Positions 24,980-38,220 of a stretch of DNA of 64,000 nucleotides are shown here, piece by piece. The notes beneath the pieces were generated by a model that had not been told where the DNA came from, made no database searches, and saw nothing but the letters and a program-made list of their open reading frames with translations. The DNA lies in the NCBI GenBank assembly GCA_002633005.1, contig NMRA01000021.1, positions 844,298 through 908,297 of the forward strand, written 5' to 3'. Every line of letters begins with the position of its first letter. The first letter of the stretch is position 1. Made by a program: the position numbers and the translations under genes. Source of the DNA: Phoronis australis (Eukaryota > Animalia > Phoronida).

Positions 24980-25261
24980 TAATATGAAAAAATAAATTAA
25001 TTACTTGATTTAGGGATTGAGTTAGCTACGTTGCGTTCTCATGATCTCAAGGACTTTGGCAGGCGACTGAGGTGTCACGTGACTCATCATGTGATTGATA
25101 ACACAGTTTGCGCGGTATACTCTTTGGCGCAAACTGTGCTATCGATCACATGATGAGTCACGTGACACTTCAGTGGCCAGCCGAAGTCCTTCAGTTGAGA
25201 TGAGGACGCAACGTAGTTAACTCAATCCGTAAGTTCAGTAACTGATTTATTTTCCGTATTA
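24980..25261. mobile_element. Foldback (palindromic) MITE, ~280 bp
   Basis: Two ~135 bp arms are inverted around a ~13 nt spacer at ~25133..25146 (gtgtcacgtgactcatcatgtgat / atcacatgatgagtcacgtgacac). Confidence 0.85.
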
Positions 25262-28200
25262 TGTACTCTATTGGATGACTCAAAATATTCACCATAGTAA
25301 TGAGCAGTTTACTGTTTCACAGCAAAAGGACAATGTGATATTTAGTTTCAGGCCCGTAGCCAGCATGGGATGGTTCGGATTTCTAGAACGGCGGACCTGG
25401 CAAACGTTGACACTGTAGAGTTTTCGGTGAGACCGCAGCTTAATTAGGGGAAGGGAAATCGGTATACACAAAGATGACTCACCGCTCTATATGTTCCGGA
25501 GATGAGACGGTTGCTCGTAAAGAACGGGATTCAAATTCGGATGTAATGTGGTCCAGAAAGAAACGCTCTCGCGTTACCCCAACCAAACATTCAAATGAGG
25601 CGTGATCTCCTCAACTGAGTGATTACACCTCATTACATGTACATACTCGGACGGAAATATTAATCGGAGAATGACTTGAAAGGTTTTATCTGGTTGTATT
25701 TTGTGTACTACTTAAGTCGCCTACATTAATGGAAATGGAAACAGCCTACTATTCTACACGTATTCTAAAACAACGAGAAATTTAGACATAATTTTAATAA
25801 TATTTCGCCTCTGTGTTCCTGTAGAGACACACAGACAAATGCTCATGTTTTCTTTGCTTGTGAGGTGTGCAAGGAGCAGAGGGTACAGCTTTTCCAGACA
25901 GTCGAACAATACCGCAGTATTTACAAAAATATTCTGAAATTCCGCAATTGTACAACAAAATTTTCTGTATGGATGTCAAGTACTCAACCCAAATGAAAAT
26001 AAGGTTTTATTCGAAATAGTATCAAAATTTCTTTATAATATTAAATCTCTTTGTGTGAGTGGATAGAATTGTATACATGTGTATGAAAATGATTTATTTA
26101 CAGTCGTAATCATATGATTTTGTGATCTTAACATCAGTTTTTTAATTGATGTATTGTGTATAATAATTGTATATAAATTTCTTTGTATTTTTTAACCCTG
26201 ATACAATGCTTCTTGGCGCTTTCTGGGTTATGTATATTCTTTGCATTCTGAAGATTTCGTAATAAAAATTAATAAAAAACTATTCTGAAGGTTCACTACT
26301 CTGAAAGTCCATAACTCCGAATTTATCTGAAATTTCGAACTCGGGTGTAATTTATATACTTTTACACGCAAAAATAAACGATACTCAGGAGCATGCGACA
26401 ATGCCAGCATGTCTTACGAATACAGAAAAATGAGTATGTACTCCTCAGGATTTTCTCAGGGCAAGAAAAGTCGGTAGTTAAGTGTCTGTTCTTGAGCAAC
26501 GACGAGAACTTGCCGTCGGCGTTCACTGAATTGAGAAAGTGGAGACGCACACGCTTGTACACGCATGCACGTCTATCCACCAGGGGACGCTAGATGCCAA
26601 CAAGATACATGACGATCACTTACAATTCGAAAATTGAAAATGCCTACACTTTACCGACTATGCCAGCAAGTATATCAAAATAACTGACCTATTTTTTTCT
26701 TGGTCAATTTTAAAGCATTCACACTGCACTACGTCATGTTTTGGGAGCTCTCTTGCTACTATATAGCTTAGCTATTTTACTTCTAGGCTCCCTTGTTACC
26801 ATATCATTGCCGTAGCTACCATGCACGTTCAATGGCGATTATATAAAGCTTAGTCTAACCGTCAGCGTGATCCTGTCATCTACGCAATCTCCATTCGGGC
26901 GAAGTTGGCCGCGTACTGCCTAATGATTACATGTACGTGAAACCCTTTGAATCAGAAGCTAATTCAAAATTATTACCAACTTAATTATCATTGTAATTAG
27001 TAGCACCAGTGAGTAGCTGGGTCAGTTTTGATTTTGTTAAGTGTCCATCTGTATCCTTATATTTCCTTATCTTTAACGGATAGACTGGGGCTGGACCTGT
27101 TCCGCGGGGGGGTGGGCTCCATCGAACCTCCCGAGCCCCCTGGTTACAGGCCTGAGGTATGTTATCGCCGGCTTGCTTTGTCAGAATTTTAAATCTTAGA
27201 AGGCCCAAAGGTTGTGCGTATACCCTTCATCGACATTTTAGCCATGTTTGTGTAATCTGCACTTCAGTAAAAAATCAAAGGTGAAGTCACAAGGTTTTGC
27301 AGGTCACACTTTTTCGTGACCTTTGCTGAGAAGTGGTTTTATCTTCCACCCAATTGCGAGAGAGATGATTTTGACTACCATTATCACACTCGTTCCCAGC
27401 CTGCCAATCAGATTGGTTATAGCAGATGGTTACATAAAATATTGGGGGGGCACAAACCAATTTGACTTCGCCAACCTCCCTCCTTGCTATCGTCACCCCC
27501 CCCCCCCNCCCCCCCCCCCCCCCCGTTCTTTGGATGTCACCATATTTGTACTGAACCCCATCCTTCATCCTCCACGTCGGCCATAGGTGGGGGTAATACC
27601 GTGAACCAACAAAGATTCTAGGTTTCTAGGTGTGTAAGCATGGGTCTAGGCCCCGAGCGCACTGACGGGTAGCTGAGAGCTGCCTAATGTAACTGTAGCT
27701 GGATCGAAGGTCAAGGTTCCTTTTATTATGATCCAGTTTGGGGAAAACTTCATTTTATTTTGGCCAATCTTTGAAGCAATTTTTGGAAAGGTGAGGTTCC
27801 GAGGTGCCTGGTATAAGGGCCTTTATGGCCATTTCAGGATCCCTTGATGAAACACAGCCGGTAGTCCAGTTTCTGGTTGCTGGGGAAAATGATAGAGAGT
27901 GTGTCCCAAAAATGTACACACTTCAACGTTTGCAGTTCAAATTCAGTTCAGGCCTACTGCATGGTTACACCTTATTTTTACTAACATGTGTGTGCCTGTC
28001 ATGACGTGCCATCATGTCAAAGATTGTCTAGAAACTTGCTATTGATTAATTTTCAAAAAGTCAATGTTGAAATCACCGGTTACAATAAGTTCTTTGTATC
28101 TTTGCTTGATTTTATAATGGCGTTTGGAGTTGCGGGGTTCTTATAAATGTTTGCAATAGATACTTGTTTGATGTGTATCATGGAATGAAATGATGAGCAC

Positions 28201-30731
28201 TTACACGTTTTAAAATTTTCTAAAATTTCTTATTTGATAAACACACAAACCTTTTCTCAATGTAGGTAAGGAGTTCCTCTTGAGAAGTAGTAAGGTGAGC
28301 AATTCCTAAGTGCAAGGAACAGCTGTCTAAGTTACATAGTGAGTAGTTATGGGCTGTTGACAACCAAGATACTTGTACGCAGACGATATATATAATTTGG
28401 TGGTTGAAGATCATAAAAGTGGCTCTAAAAAGAAAAGATTTAGTATTGATCGACTGAATATTGACACATCTTTATGTAAGTGCAAAAAATCTTTCAAACC
28501 TTCATTGCATTTATCAGCTGATGGTCAAAAGATGGCACCACTGTTCAATGAGATGTATGCGCATGCATGAGAATGCGGTGCTTGCTTGTCCTTACTGCAA
28601 TAGTTCATTGTACATGTACAGTGTATGTGTGAATGTTCAAATGTGTGAATTTGATGTGGTATGCTTTTTGCCAGTTTTTCCTGCCAACTTCGTTCCAAAC
28701 ATGTATATTTTACGTAGATCTTTCTGCTGACAAGGCTAGCAACTGTAATCGTTCTTATTTGTTCCTCTAATTTGACTAAATTTCACTAAAATGGATCCGC
28801 CTATGACTGACACCTGGAAAATTAACCCAGCATACTATTATCGTTACCCTCGTTGTAAAGACTAATCAACCGCCCGCATATTTTTGCGTCAAGCGCTACG
28901 TCTAAGTATTGTGTTTGTGTTACGGTACATGTACGTGTTTCAGGTCATCCTTTTGTATTGCACGGTATGAGTTATTGACTAATCTTCGCTTTGAAATGAG
29001 GCTCATAACTCATGCCAACACCGATGTATACGCAGAGTGTTACTGGGCCTTATGAGCACAAATGGTGAACTGGTAATGTACATATATTTTCAATTACTGT
29101 TAAGCATTTGTTTACAACTCTAGTAAAGGTTGAGTGAATAGGGTTGGATTAAAAGTTGAATACTAAGTTACCTGCGATTTCTTGAGGTGGCTATCGCGTA
29201 AAACGTTCGGTTGGTTTGCTGACCGCAAAGCTAAATTTATTCAGTCATTTGCTTTATTTATTGATAGGCTGTGTGCGTCGGTAAAGTAAACTCGGTGTCA
29301 GTGAAAGCAAAGAGTGGTACTGAGTAGTGCACTCAGGATGACCTGTCTAAAGGGAAAGAACCTATACTGTTGGTGTTCGTTTTTAGTAGATCCGGCCTGC
29401 AATTTTACGTTACTCTTCCAAATGTAAATTAGCCCACACTAAATTAAACCGAGTTGCTACAGGTGGTATATCAACCCTCTTGCGTCAACCCTTTGCCGTT
29501 TTAAAACTGATGTCAACTTGAGCAATCATGGTCATTGTAGAGAGGAGACTGTACGTACATGTAAGAACTCAGCGACTCAGCACACGATCGTAGACACACG
29601 AAGACGTGCGCGCGTACAAGAAGACGCAGTGAACCATCTTTTCTTTTCTCAGCGTGTAATACATATTCCTTGTAACGTGTCATTGAACCGCTGGCCCCAT
29701 CCATAAAATCAACAATGTATATTTAATAAATGACACCGAAACATGTCAAGTTTTAAATCCGTTGTTGTTTTCGTGAACAATGTATATACGGCAATGCAAG
29801 TCCATGGTCAGTATTGGTCACAAGAAATAAATGTGAGTAATGTTTACAAACTGAGTTAACTGAACGTTTTGTAATCACTGTACCTGTTTTCACGGTAAAC
29901 ACTGCGTCTTTGAACCACTGGTGCTGTGAGTCGACATTATAAAGTAGTTTGATCTGCAGGCAAATATTTTTGTTCACCAAATATCAGTGAAACACCCTGC
30001 TACGGTATAAATATGGTCATATTGAAACTAATGGATATACGCACACGATGTAACTGAAGCAATGAATGAGATTAGTGTTGAGGAACGGCATTTGTGGAAC
30101 TGTTTCATGGCAGAATATTGATACACGAAGGTATCCGTGTTCTGGATGAATTTTGTTAAAAATTGAAGTCTTTTTTCGTGGAATGAGCAACTGGAAGTTT
30201 GAAAATCTCACGTAATTAGCAGAACATTTATAATCCGCACTAGCTATTGTATACGCTTTATAAAGCGCAATGTGTAATTATGTTCGGTGGATGGGGATGG
30301 CAATTTGCGGGCGTCTCGGCCTTTGAACACAGTTATCAGAACGAAAGAAGGAGTCCTTTCATTTTAGCAGAGGTCACCTCCTGAAGGGGGACCCGATGAT
30401 GCTTCAGTTTTAATATTCTTGAATGATATAACCTACTATATCAAAGGCCAAGGGCTCCTCTTTTGACCACATGCCCCCGCCCCCTATAAATTGGTTGAAA
30501 CAACATAGTATACATGCATGCTCAGATCACGTGACGCATGCGTATTGCAACATCATGACATGCGGCTGAAACGACCAAAATGTGACGTATAAAATACCAT
30601 TGATCGCCATCTAAATTATAAAAAATTGAAGACGTGTCAGAGCCCTAATTGTGAAATACACAAAAATAATCGTAGTGGGTTTGATAACCATGAAATACAA
30701 TTATCCCACAAAGAATACCTAACTGCTGACC

Positions 30732-30915
30732 TGGGGCCTGTTTCAAGAAACTGACTTAAGTTCATTTTTGGAAACTTAGTCAAAATTAAGACAAAATTTA
30801 GGTCATACACTTAAGTCAAACTTAAGATCTGTGTCTTGAATTGGTTTTGAGACAAATCTAACTTTTATTTTAAAATTTACTAAAATTTAAGATTTGTCTC
30901 AGCTAAGTCAGTTTT
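30732..30915. mobile_element. PIF/Harbinger-like element end with CTTAAG-rich subterminal repeats
   Basis: ggggcctgtttcaagaaac terminus, related to the end at 46800..46944. Confidence 0.5.
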
Positions 30916-31787
30916 GTTTGGTTTCAGCATCTTTGACGAAGAGGAGAAATGCCGGCTTCACCTAAACAGATGAATAACCACACATTGGTACATGTGAGTG
31001 TGTTGCTAATTATTAATGCCTATTCCACGTACTGCGTAGGGAAACGGATCAATTTATCTATAGCGTTCTTGGATATATTCAATATCCTAAGTGCCATCCG
31101 TACAGAGACATAAGTTTGAACAACTTACTCCCGGAACGAGTTGTCGCTAGGCTTAGGGGCTATCTGGACGCTTTATAGACTAGTCGAACTTGCCCCACTC
31201 GTGGTCTTGTTTGTGCAAGTGACTCCGCTGAACCATTGATGAGAACAAATCACCTGACCCTTTTGTTTGAGAATTGTCTGAACATGGCTGAGATAGTAAC
31301 CACTCTGGGTGCACATTGGATAAATAGTAAATTTTGGGCCTCAAAATTAGGCCTTCTATATTACTATAGGGTCTTTTCCCTTAACTCGGTCACTTTACGA
31401 CTGGGCCCACTGATGACTAGGCCTGACATTGAATTTCTTGCTTTTATGTTATTTTAATAAGAATAACTCATTTGAAATAATAAGCCGCATAGAAAACTTA
31501 GTTGAACTGGTTTACAGTATCCAGTTTTGCTCACTGCGTTAGCATGACTTCCAGTTTGAGAAATTGTCATCTTATGGAAATCGTCAGAAATTAGTCAAGT
31601 ATGTTCATGTAGATATTACATAGGATAGGCCATTGCTTGATCACACACCCACTCGTGGCAGTGATAAGAAGCTTATGCTTCTGAAAATAGATATGATTTG
31701 TATAGATATACCAGCATAACCAATGATCAGTTTTGTGCCAGGAGTATGCGCCACAGACCGTTGACGAGGTGAGTAGGTGTGAAACTC

Positions 31788-31943
31788 CTGCCTCCCGTTC
31801 AGTAACGCTAGGACCTCGCTGAAAAGCAAGACTTCGTGGGATTACGTGAGATATTGCCGTGTATCTTAAATGAGAACACGTGGCTCTGGCTAGATTTTAG
31901 CTAGGTCCTAGCATAGGTCCTAGCGTTACTGAACGCACTCCTG
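31788..31943. mobile_element. Small MITE (TIR core gttcagtaacgctaggacc); partial inverted copy at 41921..42010
   Basis: Inverted motif at both ends. The reverse complement of 31840..31935 matches 41921..42010. Confidence 0.65.
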
Positions 31944-32339
31944 GTCAGCTCCGCTAGCTTGTGTGGACTGGCATTAACTCATTGGCTTTTCCGTCGTAAG
32001 GTAGTACTTTTTAAATATATTAAAGGTCGGTATTCAAGAAACAACTCGTTGTTTGTACAGTTAGTTTAGTGCTTGACACTGTAAAGTGTACATTGATTCA
32101 TTGACTTGATAATGCTTTAGCGTTTTAAGTGAAACGTTAAACATGAAAGTCTATGTACCAACAAAATCGCCATGTCTCATTGTTGTGTTGCCCCATTTCT
32201 AGTCAGATGGATATGAAATTTAATTACACATTTTGCGTAACTCGTCATTAGCTCGAGGCCTGAGATCAGTTTCAAAGATCTCGTACTGACGGACACAAGT
32301 AAATTTTGAATAAAGACAACAACGTTTGTAAAATGTAGC

Positions 32340-33050
32340 AACATGTTTCGACGATAAAACATCCACCATTATGAAGCTTTATTCAAATAATGGATGCCAA
32401 GATTGCTACAGGTACAATACTGAAAATTACAAAACACGCAAAAATACCAGAACAGGAGTGACTGGTAATCGGAATCTCAACTCAGTGTATCAGTGTTAAC
32501 GACTCTTGGGAAACCTGTGCATTGAGTGAGGGTATTTCAGAAGACTGAATGTACAGTTGTAAATGACTTCAAGCAGTTTGAAGCGACAGCGATTAGTATC
32601 ACCGTCAATAAAATCGTAATGTTGTGTTCCCCAACGGCCTCTCTACAAGTAGCATTGTTTTCCAAGTGTCTAAAGATATGTGAATTCTTATCGCTAACTA
32701 GGTGTTCCTTCACCCTTGTAGTCAAGTGGCGAGTTGTCTTACCATTATAAGTTGCTTGACAAAAACTACAATCAAATTTCTACACTATATGGTGTTTCAG
32801 AGCGAAATGCAACCTCGCTTCAATACAAGCAGAACATCCGTCGTGTACTCACGAAATCTTGGTCTGACTGAAATAAAGAACTGACGGTTGCTTGTCGAGC
32901 ACCGGCAGCGTCCCTAATCTGACTGAGAAACAAATTACTTTCGGATTTTTAGAGACAAGTGGTCTAATACAAATCAAACGTTTTTGATAGGGAGATTTAT
33001 TGTTTCGTTCAGTTAGTCAGACATTTGTCTGAAATTTCCGTTTTATGTGA
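32340..33050 (-). mobile_element. Penelope-like retroelement remnant (GIY-YIG endonuclease)
   Basis: The minus strand reads HIV*KFDCSFCQATYNGKTTRHLTTRVKEHLVSDKNSHIFRHL, the PLE GIY-YIG motif (VY.x.C..C...YIG.T.R.L..R..EH). Confidence 0.8.
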
Positions 33051-36000
33051 AAAAATATAAAAACCGTTTTTTTTTAAATTAATGTAACCTATCATTCTTG
33101 GCGAAAGTCAAATCTATTGCTATGTCATAATTTTTTTTGTTTGTTAGTTTATTCAGAGCCTATTGATTTTGGTAGCTGACAAAAGATGCTGCTGTGACGG
33201 TCATTTAGCACCATTATGGTTTTCAGAGAATAGATCATTTCAAGGGCAATCAGAAGTGTGTCATTTTCTTTTCTCTAGGACTTACCGTCGAGTTATCCAA
33301 GTTACTGGTCGTTTTAAATGGTTGGATATTCATGCCGTGACTCCGGTGTCCCTAGACGGATATTTCTAAATTGGGTATGTGGATAATTTTCGTCAAGCGC
33401 TATTTGCACTGTGTCTTCAGTTTCTCGTTCTGAATTACGGTTCACGAATTATTCGAGATTTTCTGGTCAGTCCTCTCTGTACTGTTGTACTCGTTCTACG
33501 GGTCGCACTTCTTGTCCGATCGGCATGAAGCTCGAAGGCAAGCGTTTTTTTTTTCAATAACTCGAGGATGAAATCTGAAGCAAACTGGTACTGTTGCGGG
33601 CATTTTGCGATATTTGTTTTGTTTCACGAAGCCATAGCTCTACTGTGCAGGGATTTCCCTGAAATTTGGTATGTCGATCCACCTTTTCGAGAACTGTCAA
33701 GACAGGTGTAGTATGCTTTCCTCGATTCATGTGTTATTTGAGATTCATAGGTGACAATAGAGTTCTTTCAGTTTACTGTTAATCGTCCGGCAGACTTTGT
33801 TCGCAGAATTCCGCCGTAGATTAACCATGACAGCGTTTTCCCGTTCCGTGACTTTACCAGACGTAGGGGGTTCTGAGCGTGTGATAACATCTAGCTTCTT
33901 TGTTGACTGACAAGCACACTGTTTTGTCTGTTATGACAACAAGCAGGCCAATTATCTACCAGGCTTTTTACAGACCACGTGTGAACACAGTCAAACTCAG
34001 AGGCAACTCCATTAGGAGGCACAGAACTGTTCTCACAGGTGTTTGCCTATCAGAAGACACGTCAATGGACTCTTCATCCTTTCTTCACTCTGTCAAAAAC
34101 TGCATGCTAACTAAGAAAAGTTTTGAGTCATTTCACATCACAAGCCTTACAGATGAGCACAGAAACTTTATTCTCTCTTGTATTTTTGACACTTTCACTC
34201 CCACTGAAAACCAAGCTAAACGATGAAAAATAGGGGCAAAAACGTAAAATTGGCACTTTTCATCCCAAAACCACCACTTCCCTGCCGATGCTTGACTAAA
34301 GCCAACATTAGATTCCGAAAGCAAATCTCCTACCGATTCCAAAAATGTGGTCCAAAAGCACTGTCAACCAACTAGTTTTTTGCAAATCTGGCTTGTTTGA
34401 GGACTACCTGGAATCGCGGCCAATTTCACAGTTTCTACCCAGCAATGCACAACTGCAACAGCTGGGGCCACCATCTTGAAGAAGAATGCAGCTACAGCCG
34501 GGGAAGTGGCCTTTATTTTCATTCTCAACATGATCACAAATACAAACAAACCTCATTCACTTGGCCTACATGCAATATCTAACTAAAATTGCCCCAATCC
34601 TGGTCTACCCCTAGATTATAATATTTTGGGAGAGCAAATTGGCCGCGGCCGCAACCTAACTGTTCAGTGCCACCTTAGGAAAACATGATCCCCGCGCTTT
34701 GCAGCGCCATTTGATCTTAAATTGAACAAGGAAAGCTATTCAAGCGAGATGCAAGAAAATCAGTGTGGACGGGATTTTCGAGTACTAATCCCGGACGTAT
34801 ATTTTGCAAGATGATGTCGTCTGACTAAATTTAAAAATACAAAAACTATACATACTGGTATAGATTTGTCAGCGCCGAATGTATCGGAACGGGTGCATCT
34901 TTACCAAAACCACTACGCAGTCTAACAGAAAATTCAGAAAGCATTTCCCGTTATTAAATGCATAACGAGAACCATAATAAAAAGCGATTGCCCTGAAAAG
35001 ATTTGCATTTAATATTTTTCCGTTATAAGGTTTTGAAATATATTGATTTCCTGAGGAATATTTTGGTCATGTACATGCACGCTCTTCAAATACGCCGTAT
35101 TGGTGTATCTGCTGAAGCTTATTTTCGAGAAATGGTATGATTTAGCGAAACTCATTTTTGCATTTTTGTGAACCCCTGAAATGAGGTACTGGCTGTGAAA
35201 GGTGAGAAATCAATCGATGCTCTAAGGTAAACACCACAATTTTTAATGAAAATTCCACCATGCCTCGCATTGTGTCTGGCAGTAAGGCATTGCAGAGTGC
35301 AAAAATGATCTCTAATGAGTTCGGATTGGTTTCAGCAGCTAAACAACGGAAATCTAACAAAATGAGAAATTCTCAATTCTTGACCTCATATTCTTTTCAT
35401 TAATGATAACCAATGACCTACACAAGAATACATATACAAAAGCATCTGCCTGCGATCGTTTCAGTGACCAATATTGCTCGTTAGTAGTGTGGATTAACGG
35501 AGTAGCTATCAACGGTTGATGAGAAGACGCTGGTGGCATAAGTGGCAAGACCCCCCCCCCCCCCTCGGATACCGTAATCCGTCTAGAAACGGGAAATATC
35601 GCCAAGAATTATCTATCGTGATTCGTGAGTACACTCGGAAGATGAGCTAGTCATTATTGTCAAAATTCAGCCAGAGCGAAATTTTCCCATTTTCATGATT
35701 TTACAAGCCCATATTTAGGATACTTAATGTCGATGTATTGGGCGACATTGTGGACTTCATTCCTTAATTGTTCATTTCATTTCGACAGGTGTCGATCTTC
35801 AGAACGCTTTTATTTTCAATGTCGGCCCCTATGGGCATCTACCTATTCCACGTCCAGTTTGCAGAATTATACAAATTGAAGAATCAAATTTCATCAAATG
35901 AGGAAATCCAGGAGAGCGACGAAATCAAGATATTTTTGTTTTCACTGGAAAACACAAACTTTGAAGAATACAACAACAAGAAAAGCAGTACTGTTGAGCC

Positions 36001-37199
36001 GTGAACTGTCACTATGACATCGACCGAAGAAAAATATCGCATGTACTATGTGATTGTGGACGTCTCATTCTATACGATCTTAAAAAAATAAGTGACTTGT
36101 TTCCTTTGCGCAGACATTGCACTAGCCTCTGGGAATTCGGCTAATTCTCCGTTCGGGAAAATTCAGTGAGAAACGCTTTAAAGTTTGTCTTAACCTGTCT
36201 GAATGCGTGGTCACATGTATACCTGACCAGATAAAATTGTCTGCTAATTTCTAAAAATATATGCCAAGGACGGAAAGCAGAGGTTGTCGGCTATTCGTCA
36301 GCCAGATGGGCACTAAATTGAAATCATGACGTCTTGAACATATTTATATTTTACCACACCAGTCATACTCAACTTATGCAATGTTACCATTTACTATATA
36401 TCAATATGGACACCAAATCTGAAACATGTCGTCATTGTTCCCGCACCAGTCATGCCCAATTTTATCATTTGCAACAGGAAAGAAAACTTGCAAAGTCTGC
36501 TTTAAAAACATGGCTGCAAATCAGTTTATCCCTGTACAGTACTCTTCAATCTATCACTTGGGCAATACACAATTTTTGTTATGCCTAGTTTCCTATATAG
36601 CTGCACACCTGAAGAAAGGAGATTGTTTCGACACTACGAGCGAATCAGTATCAAGCTTTCACACAAAATGTTAAGTCGTGTTTTCAACGAAGTTTATATA
36701 ACAATTACTGAATTATAACCGCTTCATTGAGGACACAGGTAAAATACAATAAGAGTGCGATATAAAGCAAGAAAAAATACAAAAACGAGACAGTAATTAC
36801 TATTTACTATTCATACGTTCGGCATACGATCAGAAGGCTGACATAGTAGTATAAATACTTCAATAAATAAACAAATGAATCTGACAGCCTTATAAAACGA
36901 AATGAAATGGTGTTACATATCTACACATAATACATGATAAGCAAATCGACTGTGTGTAAATAATAAAACTATTTGTTTATATGTGCGCGGGTACATGTAG
37001 ATGCATCTGTGTGTGCAAACATTAGTAGTGTTTTGCTGTAATAGTGCAAGTTGCATATGGTTTTAACGGTGGCCATAGCTCCAGAGGGAGCTAATCATTG
37101 CAATTCCATAGTGAAAAAGTATCGAAAAAATTGTTCCTGTAATGTCTTGAAAGTCCAGTAAGTGAATGGGTGTTTAGCCTAACTTATCTAGAACTGATG

Positions 37200-38220
37200 A
37201 TTTTAGGAACGAGAAAACGAAAACAGCGAGTATTACTGAACAAGAAGTGCGTGAAACATTTATTTCTCTGCCTAATGGCAAGGCAGCCGGAGTTCATTGG
37301 TTAGGTTATGAAATATTTAGGTGTACCAACGATCTTATTACTCCAATTTTAACTATCTCATTTATTTGCGTTCTTAACAATGGAGTTTTTGTACAAAGTT
37401 GCTGTGAAGTCATTATATGTCCTATGTACAAACAAGACTCCGCTAAGGACACAAAAAATATAGTGGAAAATCAGTTTTCAGGAGTTTCTTCTAAAATTCT
37501 AATGAACGACAAACGACCTGGTCTGAGGACCATGAACTTTCTGAAGAAAACCGAGCGTGTTTTCGAAAGAGATACTCCAGGCTAGATCACATTTTACGCT
37601 ACAGGGTCTTGTACAAAATTGCGTAAGCAAGCAGAGGACATTTTTATTGTTGCTTTGTCGATTTTACTAAGGCCTTTGATACTATCCCACATCATTTTTA
37701 TGGTATAGACTACAAAACATTAGAATTCACGGGAAAATGCTTACCATTTTGAAGTCTATGTACAGCCAATTAAGATCTCGCGTTCAAACTATTGGTGGTC
37801 TTATTGACTATTTCAAAAAATAACAAGGTACTCGTCAACTTTGCATGTTAAGTCCATTCCTCTTTATTAAGTTTTCGAACGAATATTGGGATCACGTTGA
37901 GACGTAGTGAAGTGGTAAATTTTTTGTGAATGAAAATGTACCGGAAATTGATGTTCTATATGTAGATGACTTTGTGGCTTGTTCATTAACATCCTGGCGG
38001 TTGCAAAAGCAAGTGAATACTTTGCTACTTTGCACAAGTTTTGTGTAGACTGGGGCATGGAAGAATCTAAAAAATGAAAATGATAGTGTTCCGTAGAGGT
38101 GGCCCTCTGTGAAAATAATGAAAAGTGGTATTTGGATGGTCAACTCGTTGCTGGTGAGTTAAGCTGCAAATATCTTGGGATATGTTTCACTTCGAAACTG
38201 TCTTGGTCTAAAGCTACATA
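37200..38220 (+). mobile_element. Degenerate LINE reverse transcriptase fragment (CR1/L2/RTE-X group, clade unresolved)
   Basis: ITEQEV..L.NGKAAG; CFVDFTKAFDTI; GKMLTILKSMY; GTRQLCMLSPFLF; LYVDD (YADD box); KYLG. Many stops and frameshifts. Confidence 0.85.

Noticed and set aside
27582-28805. Large hAT-like element between cataggtgg and ggatccgcctatg
   Set aside because: The left TIR match is poor, there is no TSD, and no transposase motif is visible.
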